This document shows, one piece after another, positions 12,294 to 27,200 of a DNA stretch of 64,000 bases. Positions within the stretch are counted from its first letter, which is position 1. The number at the start of each line of letters is the position of its first letter. The notes under the pieces are model-generated. The model searched no databases. It saw only the letters and a program-made list of their open reading frames with translations, and was not told where the DNA came from. The stretch lies in contig NMRA01000046.1 of NCBI GenBank assembly GCA_002633005.1, positions 1,060,596 to 1,124,595 on the forward strand, in the 5' to 3' direction. Source of the stretch: Phoronis australis (taxonomy: Eukaryota > Animalia > Phoronida). The position numbers and the translations under genes are program-made.

Positions 12294-15200
12294 GTTTGTC
12301 TTCAAATCATCAATGGCCTTTCCGCTGCTTAGTGCTCATAAATATGAAAAAAATTTTTAGTGTGTCATCTTTGATTAAATTGCAATTTTCTTATCAAATT
12401 TCAAGTCAGTTAACTTCTGCCCCTGAGTTATTATTAATCATGTATACATCACTCCAGAAGTGACCTTTGCAGCCTGAAAACCATGTCCCTCTGCCCCCAA
12501 CATTGTGTACACACCCCCCCATATCTTGTTGCCCGTTCACGTTACGGTTAAAGCAGTTAAAAATTGTCGTGTGTGAGGCAAACATTGCAAAAATGACATG
12601 AAGGTGCCTGCTAAACATGCTCTGAAAAAGGATGGAATACCAGCGGTATTTCCCTTCTCTTTTTGGTTCTCAACTGTTGGTGCACGTTTTTGAAATGTGA
12701 AGCGTGGCAAGGTGCAATCACTGTAGTGACTTAAGGCTATCATGAAGTTGGTGTCACTCTGTTTGTGTAAAGTCACCCTAGCATCCAAGGCCAGCAACCT
12801 GCACAGTTTTACATCACCCTCCTCACTCATTTTCCATCCATTGCCTATCAAACTAAGGGTAAATCTCACTCAACTATGTTCTACATCACTTAATGACATG
12901 CTGAGACACAGCATACTTGTCCTAGGCAAATGTGTATACCAGTTTTTGGAAATATGCAATTAACTGATGAGCACAATGAATCGTCACACAAACACAGCTG
13001 GTTGGGAATGATTTGGGTGGCAAATGTCACTTCCAGAGTGATGCATGCCTAACCCGAGGGAATTACGACAAACCTTCCAAACTAGGTAATCTCTCAGTTC
13101 CGACAGTTTTTGGAGCCATTGCTATCATGAGAAGTAATTTTTTACATCTCATTTCTTAGGGTTAATAAGCACATTTCTTTATGTACGTAGAAAAAAGTGC
13201 AGCTTAACATTTTTTTCAGACCAGGTTTTATGTAAACATCAAATGATAAATAAGGCTTATGTGATTATTTTGTGGAAATCTTGGAGTGATTATGTCTAAA
13301 AAGCACCCAGGGGGTCTTTTGAAAAATGTGGTTGGTGATGTTGCAAGCTAAAGATCCTCACTTTGTCTGCAGCTTGGCTACTGTAACATAAGTCTAACTA
13401 TCCTTTTCTGCTACTGTAACACAAGTTTAACTATCCTTCTCTTGACAAGGAGTGATCAACTTGAAAAATTATAGCAGTCCTTTTAAAGATCAAAACTTGA
13501 AAATTATTGACGTCTTTCCCGCATCATACAAAAATAATCCTAAAGGAGATCCCATGTTTCCAAAAGAGCTTCCACAAGGGTTTTTTTGTTGGCAGGGCCC
13601 TTCTGAAAATCTCTTTAGTAAATCGTGAAATAATTGGGTTATAATCATGTATTTTAGATTGGTCATAAAGTGGTACTGTCTATGCACATGACTTTGTGCT
13701 GTGACTTATGTATTGTCTGTTATTTACCGTAATCGTTCGGGTTAACGCCCATGCTCAGTTAACCGCCCATCCCCGACTTTAAGTGGATTTTCGATTTAAC
13801 CGCCCACTGCTCGGTTAAGCGCCCCCCTGTGATTTTTGAAGATTTCCAGTTAAGCGCCCACCTCTCGGTTAAGCGCCCATCCCCGGCTTTTAAAGAATGA
13901 AGATTTAGCGCCTAGTGCTAAGGAAACGCGCGAGTCCCCGACTTTTAGAAAAAGATCGATGATCACAATGAGTGCAACGACGCCGGGACACCGAGACGGT
14001 GGTTTAGCAATCTGAATTACAATACAGGTAACGAGTTATTGTCTTGGGTCATGAACTCACTTCAAAACATATTACTTGAACCTTTTTGTCACTTTATTTT
14101 CTTCCCTTGTTTGCAAAGTTTAAGAACGCNNNNNNNNNNNNNNNNNNNNNNNNNNNNNNNNNNNNNNNNNNNNNNNNNNNNNNNNNNNNNNNNNNNNNNN
14201 NNNNNNNNNNNNNNNNNNNNNNNNNNNNNNNNNNNNNNNNNNNNNNNNNNNNNNNNNNNNNNNNNNNNNNNNNNNNNNNNNNNNNNNNNNNNNNNNNNNN
14301 NNNNNNNNNNNNNNNNNNNNNNNNNNNNNNNNNNNNNNNNNNNNNNNNNNNNNNNNNNNNNNNNNNNNNNNNNNNNNNNNNNNNNNNNNNNNNNNNNNNN
14401 NNNNNNNNNNNNNNNNNNNNNNNNNNNNNNNNNNNNNNNNNNNNNNNNNNNNNNNNNNNNNNNNNNNNNNNNNNNNNNNNNNNNNNNNNNNNNNNNNCAC
14501 GATAACCGCGGGACTGAACAGTGCCGCAGTGCGATATTACAAGTGATATAAATAGGATAATCTGGACATCTTGCATGAAAAATAAATGCTTTTCCACCAC
14601 AAAGTTTGGTAAGGTGATCGTTTAGAATAATGAATTGAAACATTGCTGTTTTCTGACATTTTGTAACATATTTATGCAGTTGCTTGAAATTTTATTTTTG
14701 ATCGACGACTGGCTCAACCACCCGTGATCCTTGTCTTACTTCTTTGCATAGCATGTTTGGCGCAACGGCAAGAGAGCAGGGCTGTCGAGATAAGACAGCT
14801 AGCCGCAGAACCATACGCTGAAAATGTCATTGAGTCACGGAGTGTCGACTATAACATCCCAAACACAAAAAACAGGAGAGTTAAGTTTTTCAAACTTTTA
14901 TTACAACCAATTTTAAAACTGCTCTCTGACTCAGAACTTGACAGCTACATATAGTACGAGACTGTAACCATAAATTTGATGTCTGACCTCTGCAACACGT
15001 GAAGCTTGCACGCGCGCACTTAAGCAGGGTCACATCTTGAAACAGTTTAATTCTAGTGGAGGCTGCGTGGTGACCGGTCGTCTGCGCACCGCAGGACGGC
15101 ACGGGCTATTACTCAGCAATTTTGTAAATTTAATTGTGAATGACTAATCTGAGGGCAAGAGAACCTTTGTTGGGATCATCCACTGTTCACAGTCATTTGG

Positions 15201-18200
15201 CGACCTGACGATAAAGCTCTTTGAAAAGGGCTACGCGTTCCGAGTATGATTGTCGTGTCGGGATTTAGATCGCCAGGTAGTTGTCTGTCGTAATAAGCGC
15301 CCATGTTCGGTTAACCGCCCATCCCCTACTTTAGGTGGATTTTTGATTTAACCGCCCACTGCTCAGTTAAGCGCCCTCCCCCGATGTTTTGGATTCGCCA
15401 ATTTAACCGCCCAGGGTGTTTACCCGAACGATTACGGTAGTATAAAATCATGCATTCTAGATATGTGGTTATGATTGCTCTTTGTGGTATCTTTTAAAGG
15501 CTGATTTTACCAGTGAAACAGAACGTGAGGCTTGGGAGCGCCTACAAGATGTCAAAAATCTCACCACATCCCTGGACCAGAAGCGCAAATACAGGTTCAT
15601 TCATTTGTTATTTCTCTTGCAAAGTGTACGTAATGCCTTTTGCCCTGAAAAACATGGCAGCTCCATCTTGAAGGGTGCTGATAGTTCTTCCCCTAAACAA
15701 AATGGCATTACAGAACTGAATTCATGTTGTAAGCAATATTTACACTTTTCATATCTTGGCCCTTTTCAGTTTAATTTCCCATGTGTTAGAAATTAATACT
15801 AATTGAAGATAAAATGGATATTCATGATGTGTCAGTCAGAAATTTTAAAACTACAATTTTAATACTCAAATGTACATACTCTCAGCTAACTTCAGCCAAG
15901 GGTTCATTGTATTTTCAAGAAGTACCTATACATGCAATTCCTAGTAAATTATTTGTGTATTTTGCAATTATGTGTCTCCAACAAATCTGGAGCTGTCTTG
16001 GTCTAATAAAATACTAGATTATGATATCTGCCACTTGCATCAAGTGGTCACACATGAACTAGTCTAGACACTTGTTTTATTTAGCCTTTCTTCAGTCAAT
16101 GGTAGTGAGTTAAATTTTTATCAAATTTGTGTACATGTGACATTTGTTTTATATATCGGGTATAAGGATAATATATAAGCATTTCATTTTAACATTTTGC
16201 TTTACTGCACAACTTTAGTTGTAATTCAGCAAAACGTGTCCTGTCTCAACATTATCTTTAATATTGTCTTAAATGTCCTGCAGTTGCCACTGTGAGGAGA
16301 GTGCCTCTCATCATGTGGCTAGACAGTGCTGCCCTCTTGTGTCTATAATGCTGGCAACAGGTGGTGTTGCTGTATGAACTGAACAAGAACTCCACTTCAT
16401 GATATAAAGTGTATGTTCAAGTGTTTCAGTTTGAAAATATTTTACTTTTATTTTCAGGAATGCAGTATGATATATTGATTCCTATAAATCAAACTTTTTT
16501 TGGAAATAATCCCTGACTTAATGTTTTTTAGCACAACCTAAAATTGTTTTTTGATCATGGTCTTTGAACGCATTCCTTTTCATTGTCATTTGGTACTTTC
16601 TTTAGTGTTGATGACTTAAGCCGCTGCACTGGCAATGATTTTTCTCTTTCTGACCTGAGCGTTATGAATTGATAAAATTTGCCATTAGTGTCACGTGTGA
16701 GAGATGGTCAGACATAAATACTGTAAATGACACATTGTGTGATTAATCTGTCACTGATAACGACTAATAATTTAAACAAGGAAATGAGAACCACTTATTC
16801 CTTGCTGATTGCCTGTAAAACTTTATTTTACACTATCTATATGTTAATCCCCTAAGTGCCATTCTGTAACTAACCTCTAAGGCTCTGAGACAACCGGACT
16901 GACTGTTCCAAAACTCTGTGTGGTGGGATTGACTTGACATTCAGCACAAAGCCACTGCTCCTTTATTTTTTGTGTGCCTTCAGAAACTCTTGAAAAAGTC
17001 CATTTTTTCAAACCCCTTGTCCTGACATTCAAGTCATGTGTCTCATCCTGGCTGATAAGTAACAAAATGTGGGGTGTTTTCTAATCTCCCTAGCCTTGCT
17101 CTAAACTTAGGGTGTTCTTGAGATGCATTTCAACATTGTTCTGTGTGCCAGCTTTGTGCATGATGCAGCATTGTGCCAGTTTCTTGCTCAAGACCGTATT
17201 GTCTTTGTAATTGCCCCCTTCTAATCATTTCCTCGTAAAATCGTTGAATGTTGTTTTCTCAACATTGTGAGTGTCTGATGCCAGGTCCAGCGGCAATGTT
17301 ACTATATAATGTGCACATAATTGCCATGTCTTTTATTTGGATCATCTTGAAAATTATGGAATCATTATAACCAATATTTTGAAATACAAAAATTTGTTTC
17401 TGGTTATCTGTGTCATTAACTTTAAATAGATTCCTTGTAAGTCAAAGAGAAGAATCTGATTCTAAAATTTTGTTTTCTCTCAATGTGGCTCAGTTTATTA
17501 CGCATGACAAATAAGTTACTGTCAGTGTTTGTACTATTTCATGGTATTATAGATTTCATTGCTGGTTATAATTGTGTTCTGTGTTATAACTCTGCATTCT
17601 ATAAACCTCTGCTATATATGTCACCATGACCTCAGCGCAGTTCATGAGTTCTAGTTTCATTCTAATAATATCGGACTATTCTCTGTCGCCTCCAACCACA
17701 GACTATCATATGACATCACCTGCCAACTCTTCATCTACATCAGCTTATGGTAAGTAGGTTTATTGCAACAATTATGAGACAGCAGCTAATTTAGTTCCTA
17801 GTCATAGTGAATCTGCGCCTGTGCTGTTACCTTCTGATGTTTTCCTTTTAATCATAAAAAATAGCGTTGAAATTTCTAAGTAGAACTATTATAAAGTTCA
17901 CAGTAAGTTTAAGGTATGATAGTAAGGTAAATACAGGAATTGTTTCTGGTCAAGTTGTTCAAAATAGATATATGCTGTTGAGTGGAGTCATTCAAATTGT
18001 TCACATTGCATGTCATACCAGGGTAAGCAACAATGAGGTTGTGATGTCTTTTTAATCCATTTTATACCACAGGGAACAAATAGGTAAGCCAACTTTAGCA
18101 TGTGTCATCTTACTAATGTCCTATCAGGAAATCTCTGCATGTAACAATATTCGCAATAATTTCAGAAGAAAAAAGAATGGCACTAGATTGTTATATCCAG

Positions 18201-21200
18201 CATCAAAAGCAATGCCAAGCGACCATTTCTGCTTTTGATAAATTCTGCTTTGTAAATTGTTTCTTTGCCAAACTATTGGTGAATAGACTCATGGAATGTT
18301 GATTTCCCCAACATTTTGTTTGACAGTTGTAAGTGAGGAGACACATGGACGAGTTAGTCTCGCCATCTAGTGACTGACGGAATGGGCATTTTGTCATATT
18401 TCACTACAAAAAGTTCAGCATGATTTGTACTGTAAAGCTGTCATGAAACATTTTTTGTTAGAATTTACGTGATCTGTAGCAAGGTATGTCGAGTGACGGT
18501 AATTGTAAATACATTTTGGAATGACGGAACTCAATAAAAATAAATCCGTATTTTCTTGTCAAAACAGTACGATGTCCTGGAGGGTAGGGGCAATGATATT
18601 GACGACTTTCATACATCGCACATGCGGTTTGGGTGATAATGGTTTGTTATGTTTGTTTTATAGCCTGCCATATTTTTTAAGTACTGTGAATATCAAAGAT
18701 TTATCAAGTACTATGAATGAAGTATTAAAAATTTCACAGCAGACAAATTTTATTATCAAGTTGCAAGGAATTTAATCCCGCTGTTACCAGGCTGAATGAG
18801 GATATTGAGAAAAGTCTTTTTGGTTACCCCAATAATTGCCTGATCGTTATCTACAGCCAAGTGCTAGATTTTAAGGGAAATGACCATATTTCCTACGTCC
18901 TATTGCCTATTTTTTCGACTCACCTACCAGATGCAAATGCTATTGAAAGAAATTGTGTTTTAAAAAAATAGTACTTCGGTGCACAGAGGACATGACATTA
19001 CTTTGAATTTCAGATGTCTGAAAAATGGTTTGGGAAAACATCTCCCTAGGCCTCATTGAAAACCTGTACGAATCCCATGGCAGGAAATTGCACAAATTTG
19101 TGAATGATACTAGAGCTTGGTGCAAGTCAATTTAAGACGCCAAGCTTGCGAATTAATTGTATAGTAATTGCTGAGATCACCCATTCCGGGAATCAAACCA
19201 GAGTCCCCTGACAAGTGTTCTAACTATTCGGCTAATAGACAAGTGCCCGTTAGGAAGTGATAAACATAGGTGCATTATATGATTCACTTTTTGAGTCTGC
19301 TCAGTGAGACCTCCGACTCGGTGCGTCTTTGGCTTCGTACTTTCGATAAAGTTATAACTACTTTTTCAATTTGTGGGTGACGGTTTGAAAATAAGATTTG
19401 TTTTTGTCAAGTTACTGTGTGAATTTTAAGTTTAGAATTGGTAAATACATTTTCTTTGTAAATGAATCATTGAGGATTGTCTGATTGTACTGTAACCTAT
19501 ATTCTGGAAAGTAGGTCACTCAAAGATCTAAATTATTGATAATTTTTAATCAGAAAGTACAAATATTTCTATTTTTCAGTTATAGTTTATTTTATTTGAT
19601 ATTGGGAATTGTAATTAGGTAAAACAGCTTATAAGATCTTGAGCATGCTAACATATTAAAAGTTGAGTAGCACTTTAATTCAATATAATTGTTACTAAAT
19701 ATACTGTATATATGTATGTATATAAGACAAGTGCTTTAATTTGCACATTGCTTTGTTTGTTGTCATTTTGGCAAGTAACCACTTCTGTGCCAATATTTTA
19801 TGTAAAATTATGGCCACTTGCTGTAGTGGAGTTTTGGAAATTGATAATTTTAGGTATTATTTAGTGTGAAATAACTGAAGAATTATTTTGTCTGTTGTAT
19901 TTCTGTGGACATGACATAAAAGCATCTTAATGTTTCTGTATCATGAGGACTAAAAATAGTGCACTGACTTATATTTCATAGCTTGTAATTATTTTACCAA
20001 TTTTTCTGTAACGACAACGCAAACAGTTTGGTGTCATTTTCAACCGTGCCCGGTACACATAGGTTGATCTACACAGAGGTTGTTCTAGTTAGAGGTTGAT
20101 CCAGTCAGAATTGTATTGGCAGCTTATTTGCTTTGTTCTCTTTCTGAAAGTTATTGTACAAGGTGTTAATTTATGTTCATCATTACCACAATCCGAAGTA
20201 TTTCATGTGATGATATTGACCATTTATGACAATGGATAACCTGTTATATTTTTCTAAAAGAACAAGCGTTTCTGATTTAAACAGAGCAAATCTTGTTAGA
20301 TTTGTGTAGGATGTTTACTCAAGACCCCTGGATTCATTTGTTAGAATTTGACCTGAAAATTCTTTTTACCAGGCATAACACATTCTTTTAGGCTGTTGCC
20401 ATTCATTTTTCTTTTGTTTGCTATTGGAGGTAACTTGCTTTTGATGTTTATCTGTGTAGACATTAGGACTAAAGCAAAAAGAAACCCTTGAATTGGGGAA
20501 GGGCATAACAGGAAATACTTTATGAAGCTCAGGTATCACCCTTTAAGCCCTGTCTAGAGGCCTGAATCTTAACCTGCCTGGAACTGATAATAGCCATGGC
20601 AATGTCGTCATAAGGTTCAATGGGAAGGGACTATATTTCAATCAAGAGTTTACCCAGTGGCTGATCTCATATTGAGTTAGTGAAACAAGTAGAAAGTAAG
20701 TATTGTCTACCTTCTACCTATTAGATTGAGTTACTTCATTTGATATAGATTCACACATACTGCATTGACTTGAAAACTAAGTTATATTATAAAGTTAATT
20801 TGCATGCATTACAGTGACTTGAAACTACAACGTATTGAGATAAATAGTAGAGTACTTATTGGTTAATAATCCTGTATGAATTTTTGTTGTTTCCTACTTA
20901 AGTTACAGATCTGTGGAAGTTATCACTTACGGTGATCCCTGATTATGTTTCCTCCACTGGGTAATAGGCGTTATTCAAAGACTGCTTGATTCTCAGATTT
21001 GGGACCATGGTCAGTAACAGGTGGTTCTGGGTTCTTATTTAAGGCCATCATCTACTTGTGTCTAAGGTCCCTATTTGTTGTTGAGATTCAACTGGTTGAG
21101 TTTGTTTAGTCACTGGGTGTATATTAGTACAGAACAAATAGGTCTGTGAATATTCTGAGGGCACTCCATGTGAAATCTCTTAAAGGGGTGAGGATATGGT

Positions 21201-24200
21201 AACACCGTGCCATTTTTGACATGACTCGCTCGTATGAATTGATCTTTGCTGTAGTTCGACATTTTGTTGTTATGTAAGACAGATTTTAAGATTTTGCACT
21301 TTGGTAGCGCAGTTCATGATCACTAATGCTAATTAAATTAGTAATTAAAATATGAATTATCAATTTCACGATTTGTGTCATGCTGTTTGTCAGTTTTAAT
21401 ATGTTAAGTTGATTCAGCTGTTTTTATAAAATTACATTTTTATTTGCTCTTTAAATGTAATTACAAAGGCTGAGTTCAAATTTGAAAGTATTTTTGTGGC
21501 AAGTGAAATTTTACTGTGGTTGGGTCAAAGTTCAATTACAGTGCTTAATTGTAATTTGTGGCAATTGACGTTAGGGGCATGATGTGGCAGCACCAATATC
21601 TTTTGCTCTAGGTGGCGATAATCCTACCAGGAACCCCCGACTGTATTTCTTCATCTTCTACCGATGTTGTGCTAATATTATACCTGAAGGTCGCGTACAT
21701 TTCCAGTCTCATGGGGAATCTCAGGCACATGATTTACAACTTTAAACTCTTTATGTAATGTGAATATTGATTAGGTGACAGTGTGCAGCAAAAATATTGG
21801 CAGTAAAATCTCACTGATTCAGGGCAAGTGCAGTGTTATTTTCTCATTTAGTTTTGATGTGGTAAAACAGAATGTATTTGATCACCCTTAAGAGAAATAA
21901 ACGTGTTTATCTACTAACTTAGGCAGAAATTGATATCTAAAATGTACTGCTTTGTACTGTTGTTATCAGAAGGTTTTGATCAGTGAGTGAAATTTTGCAC
22001 ATGACACAGTTTACTGAATACAGTTAATGGATCTAAGGTAAACATTAGAATGTAATTTGGCATTTAATTTCAAATGCTCTGCAAAAGTGTATGTCCTTAG
22101 TTTTAACTCAGGCAGATAAATAAGGATAAATTTAGGGTGCATACTTGGTTTTAGAAATAGCGTACTTGTCTGAATTTATGCCTAGGGTGGTAAAATTGGA
22201 GTACTAGAGTTTCTAAAAATTGGGTACTAAATTTGGAACAAGTTCCGACCTTGAGGAAAATAATTTTTCACTGTCCCAAATTGGATAATTTTTACCATAA
22301 AAGGTTATTTCTGTACCAGAAGGGGATGTGCTGCTTAGAAACTCTTAACTGTTCATTACTCAAAGGTAAGCAAGTTTCCTATATGTTGAGACTGGCTTTT
22401 ATAAAAGCATGATTGATTGATTGTATAATTCTCTTATTGCTCGGTGTCTAGTTTTTACAGTTGAAACGTTACATCTTTATATCATTTCATTTCCAGTTGG
22501 CATACTAAAAGATGGCTGACTTTGAGCCTGCTGCAGACTATGGGGATGACATGGTGTTGATGCACCACCAAAACATTCCCACAAGGGCTCACCGTAGACA
22601 CCAGTATGTGCACCCTGAAACTGACAACCATCGCCGTGTTAACGGGTACCATCCAAGTAATGAACGCCCTGTTGGTCTACGAAGGTGGGATAATGGCGAT
22701 GACTGGGTGGCTAGATCGGGATTACCAAATCAGCCGCATCTTCAATCTCCACAATATGCTTGGGCCTTTGATAACCAAGCTTTTGACGGCCATGTCACTG
22801 ATGGTGTACAGAGTTACCAGCAAAAGCAGCCCATTGATTACGGGCAGCACCCATCACACAGACCGAATGAGTTGGATTATGCACAACACCAAGTCAGTGA
22901 AGTGCCACCTTTGGGTCGTCACTACAAGAAGCACAATGTTCATGACTATAACAACGTGCAGCGAGGAATGCACAGTTTTAACCAGTCACAGCTACCATTG
23001 CGTCATCAGGAATCTGCATTTGAGAATGAGGCTTTTGAAGGTGACATGAGTGAAAGACCAGCACGTGTGATGAGAGCGCTAGGTGATGGTCACAGTGTTG
23101 AAGATTATCTTCCCAGCTATATGGAGCGTAGAAAGTCCAGACAGAGGCGCAAGTCTGTAAAGGCTGAAGAGCCTGAAATGGAGCTCATCAGGCACCTGTC
23201 AGCTCATCAACAGGCTGAGCTCTACAGGTATAAGGGTAGAGATATTGGCTAGCATTTTTCACATTTGGAGCTGTTTTTCTTGAATGTTTAACCGTGCATG
23301 CATTTGTTATATATTTTATCTTGTTTATAGAGTGTACGTATCTCTAAAGCAGTTGAGTGTTGTTATATGGCTTTATAGTTAGCCTGATAGGCTCTCTTTC
23401 AAAAAGCTTTCTGTTTGATCCCCAATTGCTTCAGTCACATCTATGTCATTTCATTTGCATTAATGCACTGAACATAGCTTTTTTAATGAGTACCGACCAT
23501 GGGAAGAGAACTGTAATGTTGCATCCACGAAAAAGTTTGGAATCTGTTGTCTGCTACAGAAAATGCACTTAGCTACCAAATGAATGAAGCTGATGGTTTG
23601 CAAAGATTTTTATGATTTGTAGATAAGGGGCCCATTCCAAGAAATTTACTCATTAAGTTCATTTTTGACTTCAAGTCTAAGATTTGCCTCAAATTTTAAA
23701 CTTTGAAACTTCCACATCCAGTAAGTCAAAATTAAGACAAGACTTGAGTCAAACTTAAGATTTCTTTCTTAAAACGGACTCGAGACAAAAGTTTTATCTT
23801 AAAATCGGCTGAAATTTAAGATTTGTCTTGGCTAAGTCAGTTTTGTTGGATTGGGCCCAAGAACTGTAAATATGTATAAATGTAGTAACTTCCCTCTCAT
23901 GTATAATTGATTTGACAGTGACTGTTGTGGAGGAATGTGAGGAACATTGTAATACTATGCATTTGTTTTACATTCAAGGAAAACTTTCTTGTAACATTTA
24001 AATCGAGGAAGCCAAGATAAAATATACAAGTCCAACTATCCCATTTTAGTGTCTTGTTGTCTTGTCATATCATCCACCTCACAGCTTTGGCCCCTGTGTA
24101 GTGCTTGAGCAAGTGTCACCCACTGATAGCGTTGAGACAGGATCCTTTGCTTGGAGTTGTTGGAGATATTTGCCTCAACTTTATTTAGTAATGTGAGACA

Positions 24201-27200
24201 TTGATTATTTTGTCAATGAATAGGTCCAACTTGATGAAAGCTCAAGTAACTGGCGGTGGCGATGAACTAGACGCTCTCAAGTACAAAAGCACAAAGGTGA
24301 GGGTTTGTGAAACATAATACTCTAAAGACAACTCTTATTTATAATCACTGAGGTTTGAAACTGAAAGTGAAAATAAAACAGTGTAGGCATTTTTGCCACT
24401 TGACTTTTAGGATGATGGGAGTTGCTTGAACTAAAGTATTATTCTAATGTTTCTTAGATTTTTTTATATGTGCCTTTTTAATGGTTTTCAAAGTTGTTAG
24501 CTTTTGTGCGTGACTTTTTATCTTTTTATTATGGGTTAACAAATTTGTTATCAGTGCAATTCACCCTCAGATGTTTGGTTTGTCATTAAATAAATTTATT
24601 CAGTCTCATAAATTGCAATCTACAGACTTAGTATCTAGTCTTGAGTTCACAGCTCAAAAGCTTGGTCATGATATTTATTGGGACTTTGATATTACATATT
24701 GCATATAATTTCATAAACCTTGTGAAATTGTTAAAATGTCACCTGTCATTGTTTACAATGTGTATGTTAAGGTGTAGATTGACATATATTAAAGATGCAT
24801 CACGAGTCAATTACACTTTACAAATGCAACTTTTTCCTTTCCACCAGTTGCACTGTTTAGTTAAGGAATATTCACAGCATATTTTGGAAAATTTGGCGAT
24901 AGTCACTTACAACAGTCCCGCATGAAAACCAGTTTTCTCTACTGAATAACGGGCATCTAACTGGTTCTCGAAATACAGACCCCTGTTAATGACTACTGCT
25001 GACAATTTAATAAAGTACGGCACAATATACCAAGAGTTCCTTTACAATTTTTAACTTTTTCAAGTTGTGAATCTTCTGTGTTGAGATGAAAGAGAGTGTG
25101 CAAACTCTTGATTGTTTTAAGAAAAGTTTAGGGCTGATCTATTGTTACCTTATTTGTAGGCATATCGCAACTTAAAGGTCAAAACAAATGAATTCCTCAG
25201 TCACTTAGAAATTTGGGGAGGATCATTTAAAGAAATAGAAGGTAAGCAGAGCCACTTTAAGTAGTAATCTTACCTCCAAGTTGGTATTGCATCTTTAATA
25301 ATGATCATGTAGCAAAATTAACACTACAGGTGTCAGCACTACTCATTTTTGCAGTTCACGTTGTTAATAAAATGCAGATTTACAACCATCGAGGAACTTC
25401 ATAATACATTGAAAGTAAGACTTGTATGGTGGATTGAATATTTACATATTCCTACTACACTGGAGACCTCTCATCACCTTTGATGGGTTGATGTAAAATC
25501 CTAGTGGTGGGAAGTCTGGTCACGTGGAAACTTGTTTGTCTTATAATACTGTACATGCATTCATCCCATGCTGAGAACAGGTTGTATCTGGCACCACCTA
25601 GCTTGCGAAGGGAAAGTCTCAGGGCTTGAATGTAGCTTTTGTGCTTCTCTTTCAAACTAGTTCTTTTTTTGTGAACAATATGTCTATATTTACATTGGCA
25701 AACCCATGTCCTGAGTCATGCAAGTGGTTGTACACAGCCGATGAAATACTCTCCCGAGTTGTATTGGTAGTGAAAAGTAGAAAAGACTAATTTTCTATAT
25801 ATCATTATTAATTGTTGAATAGATAAAAACATGTTTCAAAGCATAGCTGGAGTGTAACCCTTGAGCACTGTACGCTGATGGCAAAGCAACAAAGTGTACC
25901 CACGCACCTTAGAGTCTTTTATACTTTGCTGGGAAGTCTAGAATTAGCATGTTACTACTGCAGTAATAAATTGATGTTATTAACAACAAAATGTTAACTT
26001 TGTGTTCCTTTTAATGAACAATTATGCTACGTTTGACATTCTCAACATATTTGCAGGACATTTTGGAACGGGTGTGCTGCAGTTTTTCCGCTTCGTTAAA
26101 ATCATCTTTCACATCAACATCTGGGTGTCTCTCATCACATTCTTATGTATCTGCATACCCCAACTTGTACTTCCACCCTGGACTTTTGCCGATTCTACCA
26201 AGAACATTTCGACCAACTCTGCAGGTATCTTATGTTGCTGCTCTCTCCCTTGTTATAGCCACGTTGTCTTCTTTAAGAAAAACATCTGGATATTTGTCTC
26301 ATTTATGAGGCACTCATGATACAATGCAGTCTGTGTGACTGTGTACACAGAATTTGACCTGGTACAAATAGACACTGTATTTTGAGGTAGAGCATCATGT
26401 TGTTACTTGTTGACTGCAAATCCAAACAGAAAGTAGTGTCACGTTGGAAACAATCTTCTCGGTTGTGCCTTTGCTATACAATGCATTCATTTAGGATGTG
26501 GCAAGCTGAGCATGTACAAACTGATTTAAGAAAAAAGAGTTTAGGTGGCCTGATGTCATTTGTGGTGCATCAGACGTGTGCAGGCTTCTTTGTTGGGCCC
26601 ATTGCTACAAACACCTGAGCTAAGAACTCGAGAGCCCCCATTAAGGTTCTTTGTGAAGGAAGTTTTCAAGTATGCTTGTCTTCTTTAAGACAAAGCTTGG
26701 AATTTTCCGCATAAACACGGATTTCCCTTTTTTCTCTTGTCCCCTTCGTGTATTTTTGTTATATTTCTGTGGAAAAAATCGGATTTTGCCTTAAAATTTC
26801 TGCGGCAAATTGGTTTCTAACCGCTTTGAGGAACGAAAATCTTAATTGCCGGGGTACCTAGGATAGCATGGTTCATCAATGGCGTCTGAATATGGTAGTA
26901 AATTGTGGTGGCAAACAGTGCGATGCCTGCGGCCAAAAATGCGTGGAGTAGACTGAATATTTCGTGGAACAAGTGGATAACAGAAACCGTCAATGTGTTT
27001 TCAAACAACAAAAGTCAGAGTTTGCGCTCTGTAAACTTTGACAGAGGGACAATTACAGCATGCGTGGCAGAATTGCTTTGGAATTAGAGGACCACCTGAA
27101 AACGATGAAACACAAAAAATAAAAATGCTTTCTAAAAGGAAATTTAACCATAAGTGGTAATTTGTTGAATTCGGAATGTAATAGCATTGGAATCATTGGA

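Noticed and set aside
14039-14643. Long ORFs in the ORF track
   Set aside because: They are artifacts of the N gap.
14724-14954. Signal-peptide-like ORF repeated at 38263-38478
   Set aside because: It is internal to a non-autonomous transposon, the N-termini differ by frameshift between copies, and it has no ATG start.
19180-19240. tRNA gene
   Set aside because: No intact cloverleaf; at most a SINE head.
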